Origin: an uncultured Chloroflexia bacterium
GTDB taxonomy: Bacteria > Chloroflexota > Anaerolineae > Anaerolineales > Anaerolineaceae
NCBI GenBank assembly: GCA_963704755.1
Contig: OY969938.1
Location: forward strand, 3,240,001 to 3,272,000
Reading direction: 5' to 3'
DNA length: 32,000 bases
This document shows positions 22,935 through 30,430 of this stretch, piece by piece; the first letter of the stretch is position 1; every line of letters starts with the position of its first letter. Under the pieces are notes generated by a model. That model was not told where the DNA came from, made no database searches, and saw only the letters and a program-made list of their open reading frames with translations. The position numbers were made by a program, and so were the translations under genes.

Positions 22935-23516
22935 TCAACAAAAGTGATCTACATGACCAAAGACGGTTGACACCCTGCGTCGAGTCACCCGTTCTATCAT
23001 CATTGCAAAACCCGCAGGGCTCGCATTTTCGAGACCCGAAAGGATCTCTCTTTCAACCGGCATGGGAGTAACTGAATCCGCAAATCCGACGTCTAGCCGC
23101 ATGGGAACTTTTGCTTTTCCCAAGTATCCCAGGAAATTTATTCTTATGCCCTGGTATTCAGCGTCCTCTTTTAAGATTTCTCCAGTAACGGTTTCAGGAG
23201 CAAAAACCATCCCGTCTGGCTCAACTGGTTGTATACAGATTTCTTGAATAATGTGAACCAAGTTTTCGATGGAATTTTCGGTGTACCCGAGAAAATCCAT
23301 ATCCCGCGCAGGCCTAGTAAGTGGAACCTTCCAGGCAAGAAAGACTAAAGCCCCTTTAAGTACAAGATTTCCGCAGAAATGTGATGTTCCAAATCGGTAT
23401 AGGAAGCGTTCGATCGCATAATATTGAAGTAATTCATTAAAAGGCCGATGATTTTAGGCCGCTTTATTCAGAAGGCGCTGGTGAATCGACGCAGTCATTC
23501 CATCCGGCCGGCTCAT
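22935..23516 (-). pseudogene. AbiEii/AbiGii-family nucleotidyltransferase toxin remnant (in-frame TAA, C-terminally truncated, no AbiEi partner)
   Basis: Own translation from ATG 23516 (GGAGG upstream): MSRPDGMTASIHQRLLNKAA-stop(23456..23454)-NHRPFNELLQYYAIERFLYRFGTSHFCGNLVLKGALVFLAWKVPLTRPARDMDFLGY...MRLDVGFADSVTP. YAxERFLYRL, LKGG and RPTRDxDFLG are the family blocks. The ORF ends after ~194 codons without the usual C-terminal half. Confidence 0.65.
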
Positions 23517-23591
23517 ACCAATGCCTCCGGATATCGGGACAACAGACTTTCCACCCGGTCGACGCGGGCGTAGGCGTGTTCCTCAAGAAAT

Positions 23592-24620
23592 TTATCCCTT
23601 TAGCTCTTCGAACGCCGCCTGAAATTCCCGATCCATCCTGGCCTTCTCCCCTTCCGGCAGCAGGGTCGCGTGGACCGCGTTGAGCGCCAGGTGCCGGATG
23701 GTGGCCTGGTCCCAACCGAAGGCTTGTTGCGCTATCCTAAATTCATTCGTCAGGCTGGTGTCGAACATGGGCGGGTCGTCGCTGTTGAGGGTAATGTATA
23801 AACCCGCCTCCATCAAACGCGGCAGGCTGTGCTCGGCCAGGGAGGGGAATACTTTCAGGCAGACGTTGCTGCTGGGGCATACTTCCAATGGAATTTGCTG
23901 CTGGCGTAGATAGTCCAGCAAGTCGGGGTCTTCCACTGCCCGCACGCCGTGACCAATGCGCCGGCTGTCGGCCACACGCAGTGCGCTCCAGATGCTCTGG
24001 GGTCCCTCCGTTTCGCCTGCGTGTAAGATACAGGGAATGCCGGCGCTCCTGACCTTATCGAAAGCCGCTTGAAACTTTTCCGGGGGATTGTTGTGCTCGG
24101 GCCCGCCCAGCCCCAGGGCGATCACACCGTCGCCATAGCCGGCGATGACCCAGTCGGCGACGGTTTCTCCTTCTGCCGGGGTGATCTCGCGCGGGATATC
24201 CATAATGATGCCCATCCGTACCCCCAGGGCTTTTTCACCCCAGGCGCGGGCCCGGTTGACGGCCGCCAGTTGCTCGTGAAAACCCAGGCGATGGATCAGA
24301 TACTGGTTATAGGGGGTGAAAGTGACTTCGCTGTACACAATGTTTTGATCGGCCTGGTTTTGCAGAAACTCGCGGGCGATCAGCTCGATATCGTCCGCGG
24401 TCTGCAGACAGCTTGCAATGGCGTGATAGATCTCGATAAAATGATCGAAATCCCGAAAAGAATACCACTTGCGCAACTCGTCCACGCTGGCGGCGGGTAA
24501 ATGCAGGTTGTGCAGCTTGGCCAGTTGCAGCAGCGTCTGCGGGCGAACGGAGCCTTCCAGGTGAACATGCAGTTCGACCTTGGGCATGCGGGTGATTAAG
24601 TCTTCAATCGTATTTTTCAT
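23592..24620 (-). CDS. add: Adenosine deaminase
   Basis: Start set at ATG 24620 (MKNTIEDLITRMPKVELHVHLEGS) with a GGAAGG SD. Metal/catalytic motifs HVHLEGS, ILHAGETEG and TLNSDDPPMF. 342 aa. Confidence 0.9.
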   Translation of the reverse strand: MKNTIEDLITRMPKVELHVHLEGSVRPQTLLQLAKLHNLHLPAASVDELRKWYSFRDFDHFIEIYHAIASCLQTADDIELIAREFLQNQADQNIVYSEVTFTPYNQYLIHRLGFHEQLAAVNRARAWGEKALGVRMGIIMDIPREITPAEGETVADWVIAGYGDGVIALGLGGPEHNNPPEKFQAAFDKVRSAGIPCILHAGETEGPQSIWSALRVADSRRIGHGVRAVEDPDLLDYLRQQQIPLEVCPSSNVCLKVFPSLAEHSLPRLMEAGLYITLNSDDPPMFDTSLTNEFRIAQQAFGWDQATIRHLALNAVHATLLPEGEKARMDREFQAAFEELKG

Positions 24621-24662
24621 GTCTGCCTTCCTGCGTAATTCCTCAGCCAGCGAGGAAGAACA

Positions 24663-24715
24663 GGGGTCTTTTATTATTTTTGCAAGCGAAGCATGCCAAA
24701 ATAATAAAAAACCCT
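24663..24715. repeat. Hairpin repeat, class 2, degenerate (GAA centre, 3-4 mismatches)
   Basis: GGGGTCTTTTATTATTTTTGCAAGC-GAA-GCATGCCAAAATAATAAAAAACCCT, in the divergent spacer between add and the 24843 gene. Confidence 0.75.
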
Positions 24716-24842
24716 CCCCTTCTGAACGTGCTAGAGTCGTTACCTTTCTGCAAGCATTTATACACCCCCTGTTGATCCACGTTAACGGTAAGAGAGTGAG
24801 GGGATATATAATAACGCAGGTCATCGGAAAAACGGAGGATTT

Positions 24843-25370
24843 ATGGATAAAGGAAAGAAATATACCGGGCGCAGGGACCCGCGCTTTGTGACCGTCCGGC
24901 GCGGCGGCACGCTCGAATATCCGCAGCATCGTTTGCTGGCGGCCTGGGCGGCCGACTGCGCGGAGCATGTGCTCGACTACTTCAGCGCACAATACCCGGC
25001 CGATGACCGGCCTCGGCGCGCCATCGAGCAGGCGCGGGCCTGGTCTCGGGGGGAGATCAGCATGACGCAGGCGCGCGAGGCGGCTTACGCGGCCCACGAT
25101 GCGGCCAGGGCAGCCAGCGGAGCGGCCCGTGAGGCAGCCCGCGCGGCCGGCCATGCGGTGGCTACCGCGCACATGGCCGATCACGAACTGGGCGCGGCCG
25201 CCTATGCGATCCGGGCTGTGCGCACCGCTTCAGCGGCGGACATACGTGACGAGGCCGGTAGGAGCGAGTGCCGCTGGCAGCGCGAGCGGCTGCCTGAGCC
25301 GATCCGCGACCTGGTGCTTTCGGATGAAGAGCTGCGCAACCGCAAATTGTGGTCGCTGTTCGAGTGTTGA
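24843..25370 (+). CDS. Hypothetical Ala/Arg-rich all-helical protein (resembles a putative-immunity-protein-like family; uncertain)
   Basis: 175 aa. RRGGTLEYPQHRLLAAWAADCAEHVLDYF ... DDRPRRAIEQARAWSRGE ... AARAAGHAVATAHMADHELGAAAYAIRA is a pattern I recall from widespread uncharacterised actinobacterial/Chloroflexi proteins. Preferred over the antisense extension of the add ORF. Confidence 0.6.
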   Translation: MDKGKKYTGRRDPRFVTVRRGGTLEYPQHRLLAAWAADCAEHVLDYFSAQYPADDRPRRAIEQARAWSRGEISMTQAREAAYAAHDAARAASGAAREAARAAGHAVATAHMADHELGAAAYAIRAVRTASAADIRDEAGRSECRWQRERLPEPIRDLVLSDEELRNRKLWSLFEC

Positions 25371-25457
25371 GTGTAAACTGCGAGGAGGCAGCGCCAATCT
25401 GCATACTGCCGGGGGATTGTTCGACCTGGTTGCGAGTTTTTTTGTGTGAAAAGCGTG

Positions 25458-26237
25458 TCAGGCCGGACGGGTGTTTCTTCGCAGGAAAAGCGGCTCGCTG
25501 GCCAGGGCAATGAAGGCCAGGCCGGCCGTAATCAGGCCAAAAACGCGCGGGTCGTAGTATGAGCCGCTGACCGGAAAGAGCTGCCAACACAAGTTAATCA
25601 TGGCGTGGAATAGGGCGGCCATAAACACACTCGGGCCGGCGTGGGCGTACAGCCAGACTATGATGATCCGTAAGGATAATGTGCCCAACGACCACCAGGC
25701 GATCCAGGCCGGCGAGCGGCCTGCCTGGAGCAGGGGGACAAAATGCCAGATCGCCCAGATCGATCCCAAGATCAGGCCGGCCGCGATTGTTCCGCCGCGC
25801 TGAAGCAGCGGTCCGGTGGCAAAGCCGCTCCAACCGAGCTCTTCGCCAAGGGCGCCGATGAAGAAAAAGGCAAACATGGGCAGGACGGCCAGCGTCAGTG
25901 GAGCCATGCCTGGCAGGGATGGGTTGCTTGCTTTTATCCCCGCATACGCGATGAGGGCAATGGCCGGGTTGATCAGAATGGCGGCCAGCAGCCCGGGTTT
26001 GCTTTTTATTTGGGCAAAATCGAAAGAACGTTTTAGGAGCCGGAGGATTTCCGAAAAGCGTCCGCGGCGATAAACGAGAATGCAGGCGGCCAGGCCGGGA
26101 GCCAGCGCCCCCACTGCGCTGAGGGGTAATCCCGGAAGCAATTGGATCGGCTCAATCGCACCCAGCACCCAAAAAGGGATGGAAATTGCAAAAACGAGGG
26201 CAAAGTAGAGTGAAAGCGAGCTGTGTTTTTCCGGCAC
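25458..26237 (-). CDS. CPBP family intramembrane glutamic endopeptidase (CAAX protease / Abi family)
   Basis: 259 aa, polytopic, GTG start. Motifs GALGEELGWSGF (EExxxR-type), WAIWHF and AALFHAMINL (FxxxH, HxxxN). Confidence 0.8.
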   Translation of the reverse strand: MPEKHSSLSLYFALVFAISIPFWVLGAIEPIQLLPGLPLSAVGALAPGLAACILVYRRGRFSEILRLLKRSFDFAQIKSKPGLLAAILINPAIALIAYAGIKASNPSLPGMAPLTLAVLPMFAFFFIGALGEELGWSGFATGPLLQRGGTIAAGLILGSIWAIWHFVPLLQAGRSPAWIAWWSLGTLSLRIIIVWLYAHAGPSVFMAALFHAMINLCWQLFPVSGSYYDPRVFGLITAGLAFIALASEPLFLRRNTRPA

Positions 26238-26317
26238 GGATTGATTATACAGTCGATTAGCGGGCGGGTTAAGTCTGCCTTGCGTGAATTTGAAGTTCTT
26301 CTCGGTGTGCTCCGTGC

Positions 26318-27973
26318 CTAATGCACAATCATTGGCAGGAATATTTGCTTTGGGTTAATACTGATCGCGGCTGTATCCTTTACGTTTGGGTCGTAGATAG
26401 AGACTGCATCGATATGCATCAGCCCGGTAAATAGCGGTTCGTCTTCCGGGACGATAATGGCTATCGTGCGCGAAAAGGTCTCACCTGGATTAAGCTCGGG
26501 GGTCGCGGTCTCTGAGGGTGTGCCGGTTAAATCCCCACTGAATAGGATTCTGAAAGCGTCCGGAATGTTCCCATTGTTTGTGACAGTCAATGAAAAAGTG
26601 ACCGTCTGACCGGGTTTGTACAGCAAAAATTGCGGGGTAGTTTGGATATCCACACTAAGCGCCGGATGGTAAATGAAGGTGTCCGTTTGTGCATTGGTAT
26701 CGCCGCCCACCAGGCTGTTGCCCCGCGTATAAAATGTAATGTAATCGGCGGCAGGTGAAATCCCCGATAAAAACGAATCCCCGTTCCCTTGAACATCCAG
26801 GTTGGTAATCCGGCGGATATCGTTCGAGCTCAGGTTTTTATAAAAAACGTCGATTTTGCCGTTCGTGTCCCCGGCCACCAAATTATCGGCATTGGACTCG
26901 AAAACTACGGTATTGCCGTCGGCAGATATTCGCGGGTATAGCGAAAAAGAGTTGCCGGCCTGGCCCTGGGCATTTTGCGAAATAAGGGCCAACTTGCTTG
27001 TTTGGCGGTCATAAACGTATACATTGTCGGTGGCATTGGTCTCCTGAGGCACCAGGGTGGTGGACCGCGAGTAAAAGGCGACAAAGCGGCCATCATCGGA
27101 AATGGTGGGGTAATAAGAATCCTCATCCCCCTCTTCTCCGTTCGAGCCAATCGATACGCGTTGAACGTCACCGGTCAGCCGGTCTCTGACGAAGACGTCC
27201 ACCCGGTTATTGTGATCGTCCGGAACAATATCATCAAAGCTGAGAAAGACCACGTAGCGACCATCGGATGAAATGGAGGATTTAAAATAGGGAGTGAAGG
27301 CGGATGTTCCGCCGCTTTGCGCGCCGGAAGAGGTTAGCGACTCGCGTGTGGTCTGCCCGGTTTGTAAATCGTAGACGAATTCGTCTCCAAAGCCATTGGT
27401 GTCGCCGGGTACCAGATTGTCGGCATAGGATTGAAAAAGGACAAATCTACCATTCGAAGAAATGGTGGGATGGGTAGAGAAATCATTTCCCAGAACACCT
27501 TCTGATGAAACAGACACGACCTTTAATTTCTGGGTTTGCCGGTCATAAACATAGATATCCGGATTCTGATTGGAGTCGAGGGGGACTAAATTGCTTGCGG
27601 CGGACCCGAAGGCGATAAATCTCCCATCCGCCGATATGGAGGGGAAGTAAGAATTTGAATTTCCCTGCTCTCCAGATGCGTTTACCGATATTCTGGAGAG
27701 ATAGCCCGTTGTGGTGTCGAGCAGGAAGACATCTTCCGTGTCATTTGTGTCACCCTCGACCAGGTTCGAGGCCGCAGATTTAAAGGCAACATAACGACCA
27801 TCTGCTGAGATGGCTGCCTCATCCGAGGGGCCATTCGCCTGCTCGCCGTTCGTGGAAAAAGGTACCCTGCGGATCAGCTCATTGTTTTGGGCGTGAGCGT
27901 TGGTTACAAAACCCAAAAGAATGGCGAGGCATAAAAAAGTAAGGGCGAAATGGAGCGGCCTGGACGTTGACAT
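26318..27973 (-). CDS. Secreted PD40 / TolB-like beta-propeller repeat protein
   Basis: 551 aa with signal peptide ...GFVTNAHAQN. About nine repeats of the form ISADGRYVAFxSxAxNLVxGDTNxxxDVFxxD, then a C-terminal beta-sandwich-like domain. AGGGGGA SD. Confidence 0.8.
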   Translation of the reverse strand: MSTSRPLHFALTFLCLAILLGFVTNAHAQNNELIRRVPFSTNGEQANGPSDEAAISADGRYVAFKSAASNLVEGDTNDTEDVFLLDTTTGYLSRISVNASGEQGNSNSYFPSISADGRFIAFGSAASNLVPLDSNQNPDIYVYDRQTQKLKVVSVSSEGVLGNDFSTHPTISSNGRFVLFQSYADNLVPGDTNGFGDEFVYDLQTGQTTRESLTSSGAQSGGTSAFTPYFKSSISSDGRYVVFLSFDDIVPDDHNNRVDVFVRDRLTGDVQRVSIGSNGEEGDEDSYYPTISDDGRFVAFYSRSTTLVPQETNATDNVYVYDRQTSKLALISQNAQGQAGNSFSLYPRISADGNTVVFESNADNLVAGDTNGKIDVFYKNLSSNDIRRITNLDVQGNGDSFLSGISPAADYITFYTRGNSLVGGDTNAQTDTFIYHPALSVDIQTTPQFLLYKPGQTVTFSLTVTNNGNIPDAFRILFSGDLTGTPSETATPELNPGETFSRTIAIIVPEDEPLFTGLMHIDAVSIYDPNVKDTAAISINPKQIFLPMIVH

Positions 27974-28342
27974 GACTTCCCCCTTTATGGTTTTGTGTTA
28001 AAAAATGGGAACAGCACTGATGCAGCGAAGTTTAGCTGAAATTTTGTTTGCAGTTACTGGCAGCCTGCGCGCTGCGGACCAAGATTTTGTTCGAGAAAAG
28101 CAATACCTATAAAATGATACTTGCTAAGGCTTTCTCGTCTTCGGAGAGTTAAGCGTGCTGTTTCTTGTTTTCCTCATAAGATAAATTATAAAGTTTTTAG
28201 GAAATGATAAAACTTTGTAATTTTTTAGAATTTAAGGAAAGGAATGTTGGCAGCATTCTCGACGGGGGAGAGGAATAATTTTTCTCTCTGGCAAGCCATT
28301 TCCCCCTTTAGCGCTTCTCCGTGTATGCCCTGGAATGGAACA

Positions 28343-28395
28343 GGGTGTTTTTATTTTTTCGGTGGGCGAAGCCCATCGAAAAAATAAAAACACCC
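28343..28395. repeat. Hairpin repeat, class 2 (25 bp + GAA + 25 bp, one G.T wobble)
   Basis: GGGTGTTTTTATTTTTTCGGTGGGC-GAA-GCCCATCGAAAAAATAAAAACACCC, 43 nt after the DEAD-box helicase stop. Confidence 0.95.
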
Positions 28396-28437
28396 ACATC
28401 TTACAAATCTGCTTGAGGTGTTACGAAAAAAATAAGC

Positions 28438-30069
28438 TCAGGCCAACTGCAAATCCATCGACTGGCGGCGGATGCGGGCGTTGCGCGTGCGGGCCAGTAC
28501 CTGGGTTACCATTTCTTCAGGCACATCCACGAATGAACGGTTGGACTGGATGCTGATCTTACCGATGACGTGACCGGGGATTTCGGCGCGTGAGGCAATG
28601 AACCCGACAATCTCATTCGGGCTCAATCCCTGTTGCTTGCCGATATTGAGCTGCAAGCGAACCATGCCCGGTTCGTGTGAAATTTCCCCCGAGCGAGTAT
28701 GGGGGGTATGCTGCGCGGGTACCCGGCCGGTGGAACGCGGATGCGCTTCGGCGACCTCTTCGACAGAATAAATTGGGCGTTGTTTCTCTTCGGCACGGGC
28801 CACCTTGAGAGCGGCAGCGGCGATGTCTAATGGATCAAAACCTTCCGCGATCATCTTTTCGGCCAACGCACGCTCGCGCAGGCAGCGTCCGCGCTGCAGC
28901 CAGACGGTCACGTTGTGGATCAATTTTTCTTCCCGGATGGTGCGGATATCTTCTTCGCTGGGCAGGTTGGCGCGTTCGATCTTCTTATGGGTATATTTTT
29001 CCACCATTCCCAATAAGCGCCGTTCGCCCGGTGAGACTAAAGTGATCGCTTTACCTTTTTTTCCAGCCCGCCCGGTACGGCCAATGCGATGAACGTAAAG
29101 TTCCGGGTCATCCGGGAGCTGAAAATTGAACACATGCGAAATATTATCGATATCCAGGCCGCGAGCAGCCACGTCCGTAGCCACCACCACCTTGATCTGG
29201 TGCTGGCGAAAGCGCTCCAAAGTTCGTTCGCGCTCATCCTGGGTCAGGCTGCCGCTCAGCACCTCGGCCGGAAAGTTCCGCGCCGAAAGCTCACTGGCCA
29301 AATCGGCCGTTTCCACGCGGGTACGCACAAAGATCAAGGCGCTGCTAATCTCTTCCACTTCGAAAAGGCGGGTCAGCGCGGCGACTTTATCGCTTGATTT
29401 AACCAGGTAATAGCACTGCTCGATCGCTTCCACCGTGACCTGCTCACGCTGTATGGTCACCGGCTGGGGATTGTGCATGTGCCCTTCCGCCAGGCGGCGG
29501 ATGGCGGCAGGCAGGGTGGCGGAAAAGAGCGCCGTCTGGCGCTCGGACGGCGTCTTAGCCAGAATGGTTTCAATATCTTCGATAAAGCCCATGCTGAGCA
29601 TTTCGTCGGCCTCATCCAGTACGACCGTACGGATGGCGTTCAATTCCAGTACGTCGCGCTTGATCAGGTCCAACAGGCGACCGGGCGTACCCACCACGAT
29701 ATCCACACCGCGGCGCAGTTGGCCGATTTGAGGACCATAGGCCTGCCCGCCATAGACGGCCAGCACACGCACATGGCTGTGGCTGCCCATCGCTTCGATC
29801 GCTCCGGCGACCTGTAAAGCCAATTCGCGGGTGGGGGCCAGCACCAGTCCCTGGACGCTTTTCTGGTTGGGCTGGAGAGCATGGATCATGGGCAGTGCAA
29901 AGGCCGCCGTTTTGCCGGTGCCGGTTTGGGCCTGGCCAATCACATCCTGGCCGGCCAACATGAGCGGAATAACGCCTGCCTGGATCGGCGTGGGCGTAAG
30001 ATATCCAAGGTCTGATACAGCCTGCACCAACTGCGGGTGCAGGTCTAATTGGGTGAAATCCGAAATCAT
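28438..30069 (-). CDS. deaD: DEAD-box ATP-dependent RNA helicase (DeaD/CsdA-like with C-terminal DbpA-type RNA-binding domain)
   Basis: 543 aa. Q-motif PTPIQ, AQTGTGKT, DEAD, SAT, HRIGRTGRAG. C-terminal MVRLQLNIGKQQGLSPNEIVGFIA... is DbpA/RRM-like. GAGGAG SD. Confidence 0.9.
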   Translation of the reverse strand: MISDFTQLDLHPQLVQAVSDLGYLTPTPIQAGVIPLMLAGQDVIGQAQTGTGKTAAFALPMIHALQPNQKSVQGLVLAPTRELALQVAGAIEAMGSHSHVRVLAVYGGQAYGPQIGQLRRGVDIVVGTPGRLLDLIKRDVLELNAIRTVVLDEADEMLSMGFIEDIETILAKTPSERQTALFSATLPAAIRRLAEGHMHNPQPVTIQREQVTVEAIEQCYYLVKSSDKVAALTRLFEVEEISSALIFVRTRVETADLASELSARNFPAEVLSGSLTQDERERTLERFRQHQIKVVVATDVAARGLDIDNISHVFNFQLPDDPELYVHRIGRTGRAGKKGKAITLVSPGERRLLGMVEKYTHKKIERANLPSEEDIRTIREEKLIHNVTVWLQRGRCLRERALAEKMIAEGFDPLDIAAAALKVARAEEKQRPIYSVEEVAEAHPRSTGRVPAQHTPHTRSGEISHEPGMVRLQLNIGKQQGLSPNEIVGFIASRAEIPGHVIGKISIQSNRSFVDVPEEMVTQVLARTRNARIRRQSMDLQLA

Positions 30070-30222
30070 TAAAACTCCTCAAACAAAATAAATGTAGCGC
30101 CTATCCCTGCCATTTAAGGTTGTGGATAGACAGGATGGGCGTTTTGATGATTTCAGAAGAACCCAGGAAGGCCGCTTGACGGGAACCTGTCATTCCTCGC
30201 GGAACGGCAGGGGAGAGCCAAT

Positions 30223-30250
30223 AAAAAAGCCCGACACAAAATCGTCGGGC
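30223..30250 (-). terminator. Intrinsic terminator after the tandem-repeat surface protein gene
   Basis: Minus strand GCCCGAC-GATTTTGT-GTCGGGC followed by TTTTTTAT (A-run 30223..30228). Confidence 0.5.
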
Positions 30251-30405
30251 AATCATCCGAAAGCACCAAAACAATTTCCTGACACGAAGGCCCGGTAGAG
30301 CCAAACGAGTTAGTATATCATACTTTTGCGCAGATGATTTTTAATGAATCGGGCTCAATTGGAATCGCCGGGGTGAGGGCCCATATACCCAATTTCTAAC
30401 AGGGC

Positions 30406-30425
30406 AGGGTGTTGAAAAACACCCT
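30406..30425. repeat. Collapsed mini-version of the class-2 hairpin
   Basis: AGGGTGTT-GAAA-AACACCCT shares both termini with element 28343..28395 (AGGGTGTTTTT...AAAAACACCC) but lacks the inner ~35 nt. Its 3' flank AACACCCTCTAAT is also found at 13971..13983. Confidence 0.6.
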
Positions 30426-30430
30426 CTAAT

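Larger units (their letters stand above)
21203..23460. other. Visibly AT-rich island (compositional outlier) between recQ and add
   Basis: Base composition switches abruptly to A/T-rich after the recQ stop and back to GC-rich around 23460. Contains one intact gene and one decayed toxin gene. No integrase, tRNA or flanking direct repeat detected. Confidence 0.6.

Noticed and set aside
23454-23456. Programmed read-through or recoding of the in-frame TAA in the AbiEii-like gene
   Set aside because: The gene is also C-terminally truncated and lacks its antitoxin partner, and no recoding signal is evident. Simple pseudogenisation is the economical explanation.
24621-25184. N-terminal 188-codon extension of the adenosine deaminase ORF (track 23592-25184)
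   Set aside because: The extension is Arg/Gly/Pro-rich, runs through hairpin 24663-24715 and lies antisense to a better plus-strand gene. ATG 24620 with a GGAAGG SD gives a canonical 342-aa Add starting just before the HVHLEGS motif.
1567-28370. Idea that the hairpin centres form UUCG tetraloops on the complementary strand
   Set aside because: The complement of C-GAA-G is C-TTC-G, a triloop closed by C:G. The C(UUCG)G context is not present (for example GGGGAC-TTC-GTCCCC), so the tetraloop interpretation does not hold.
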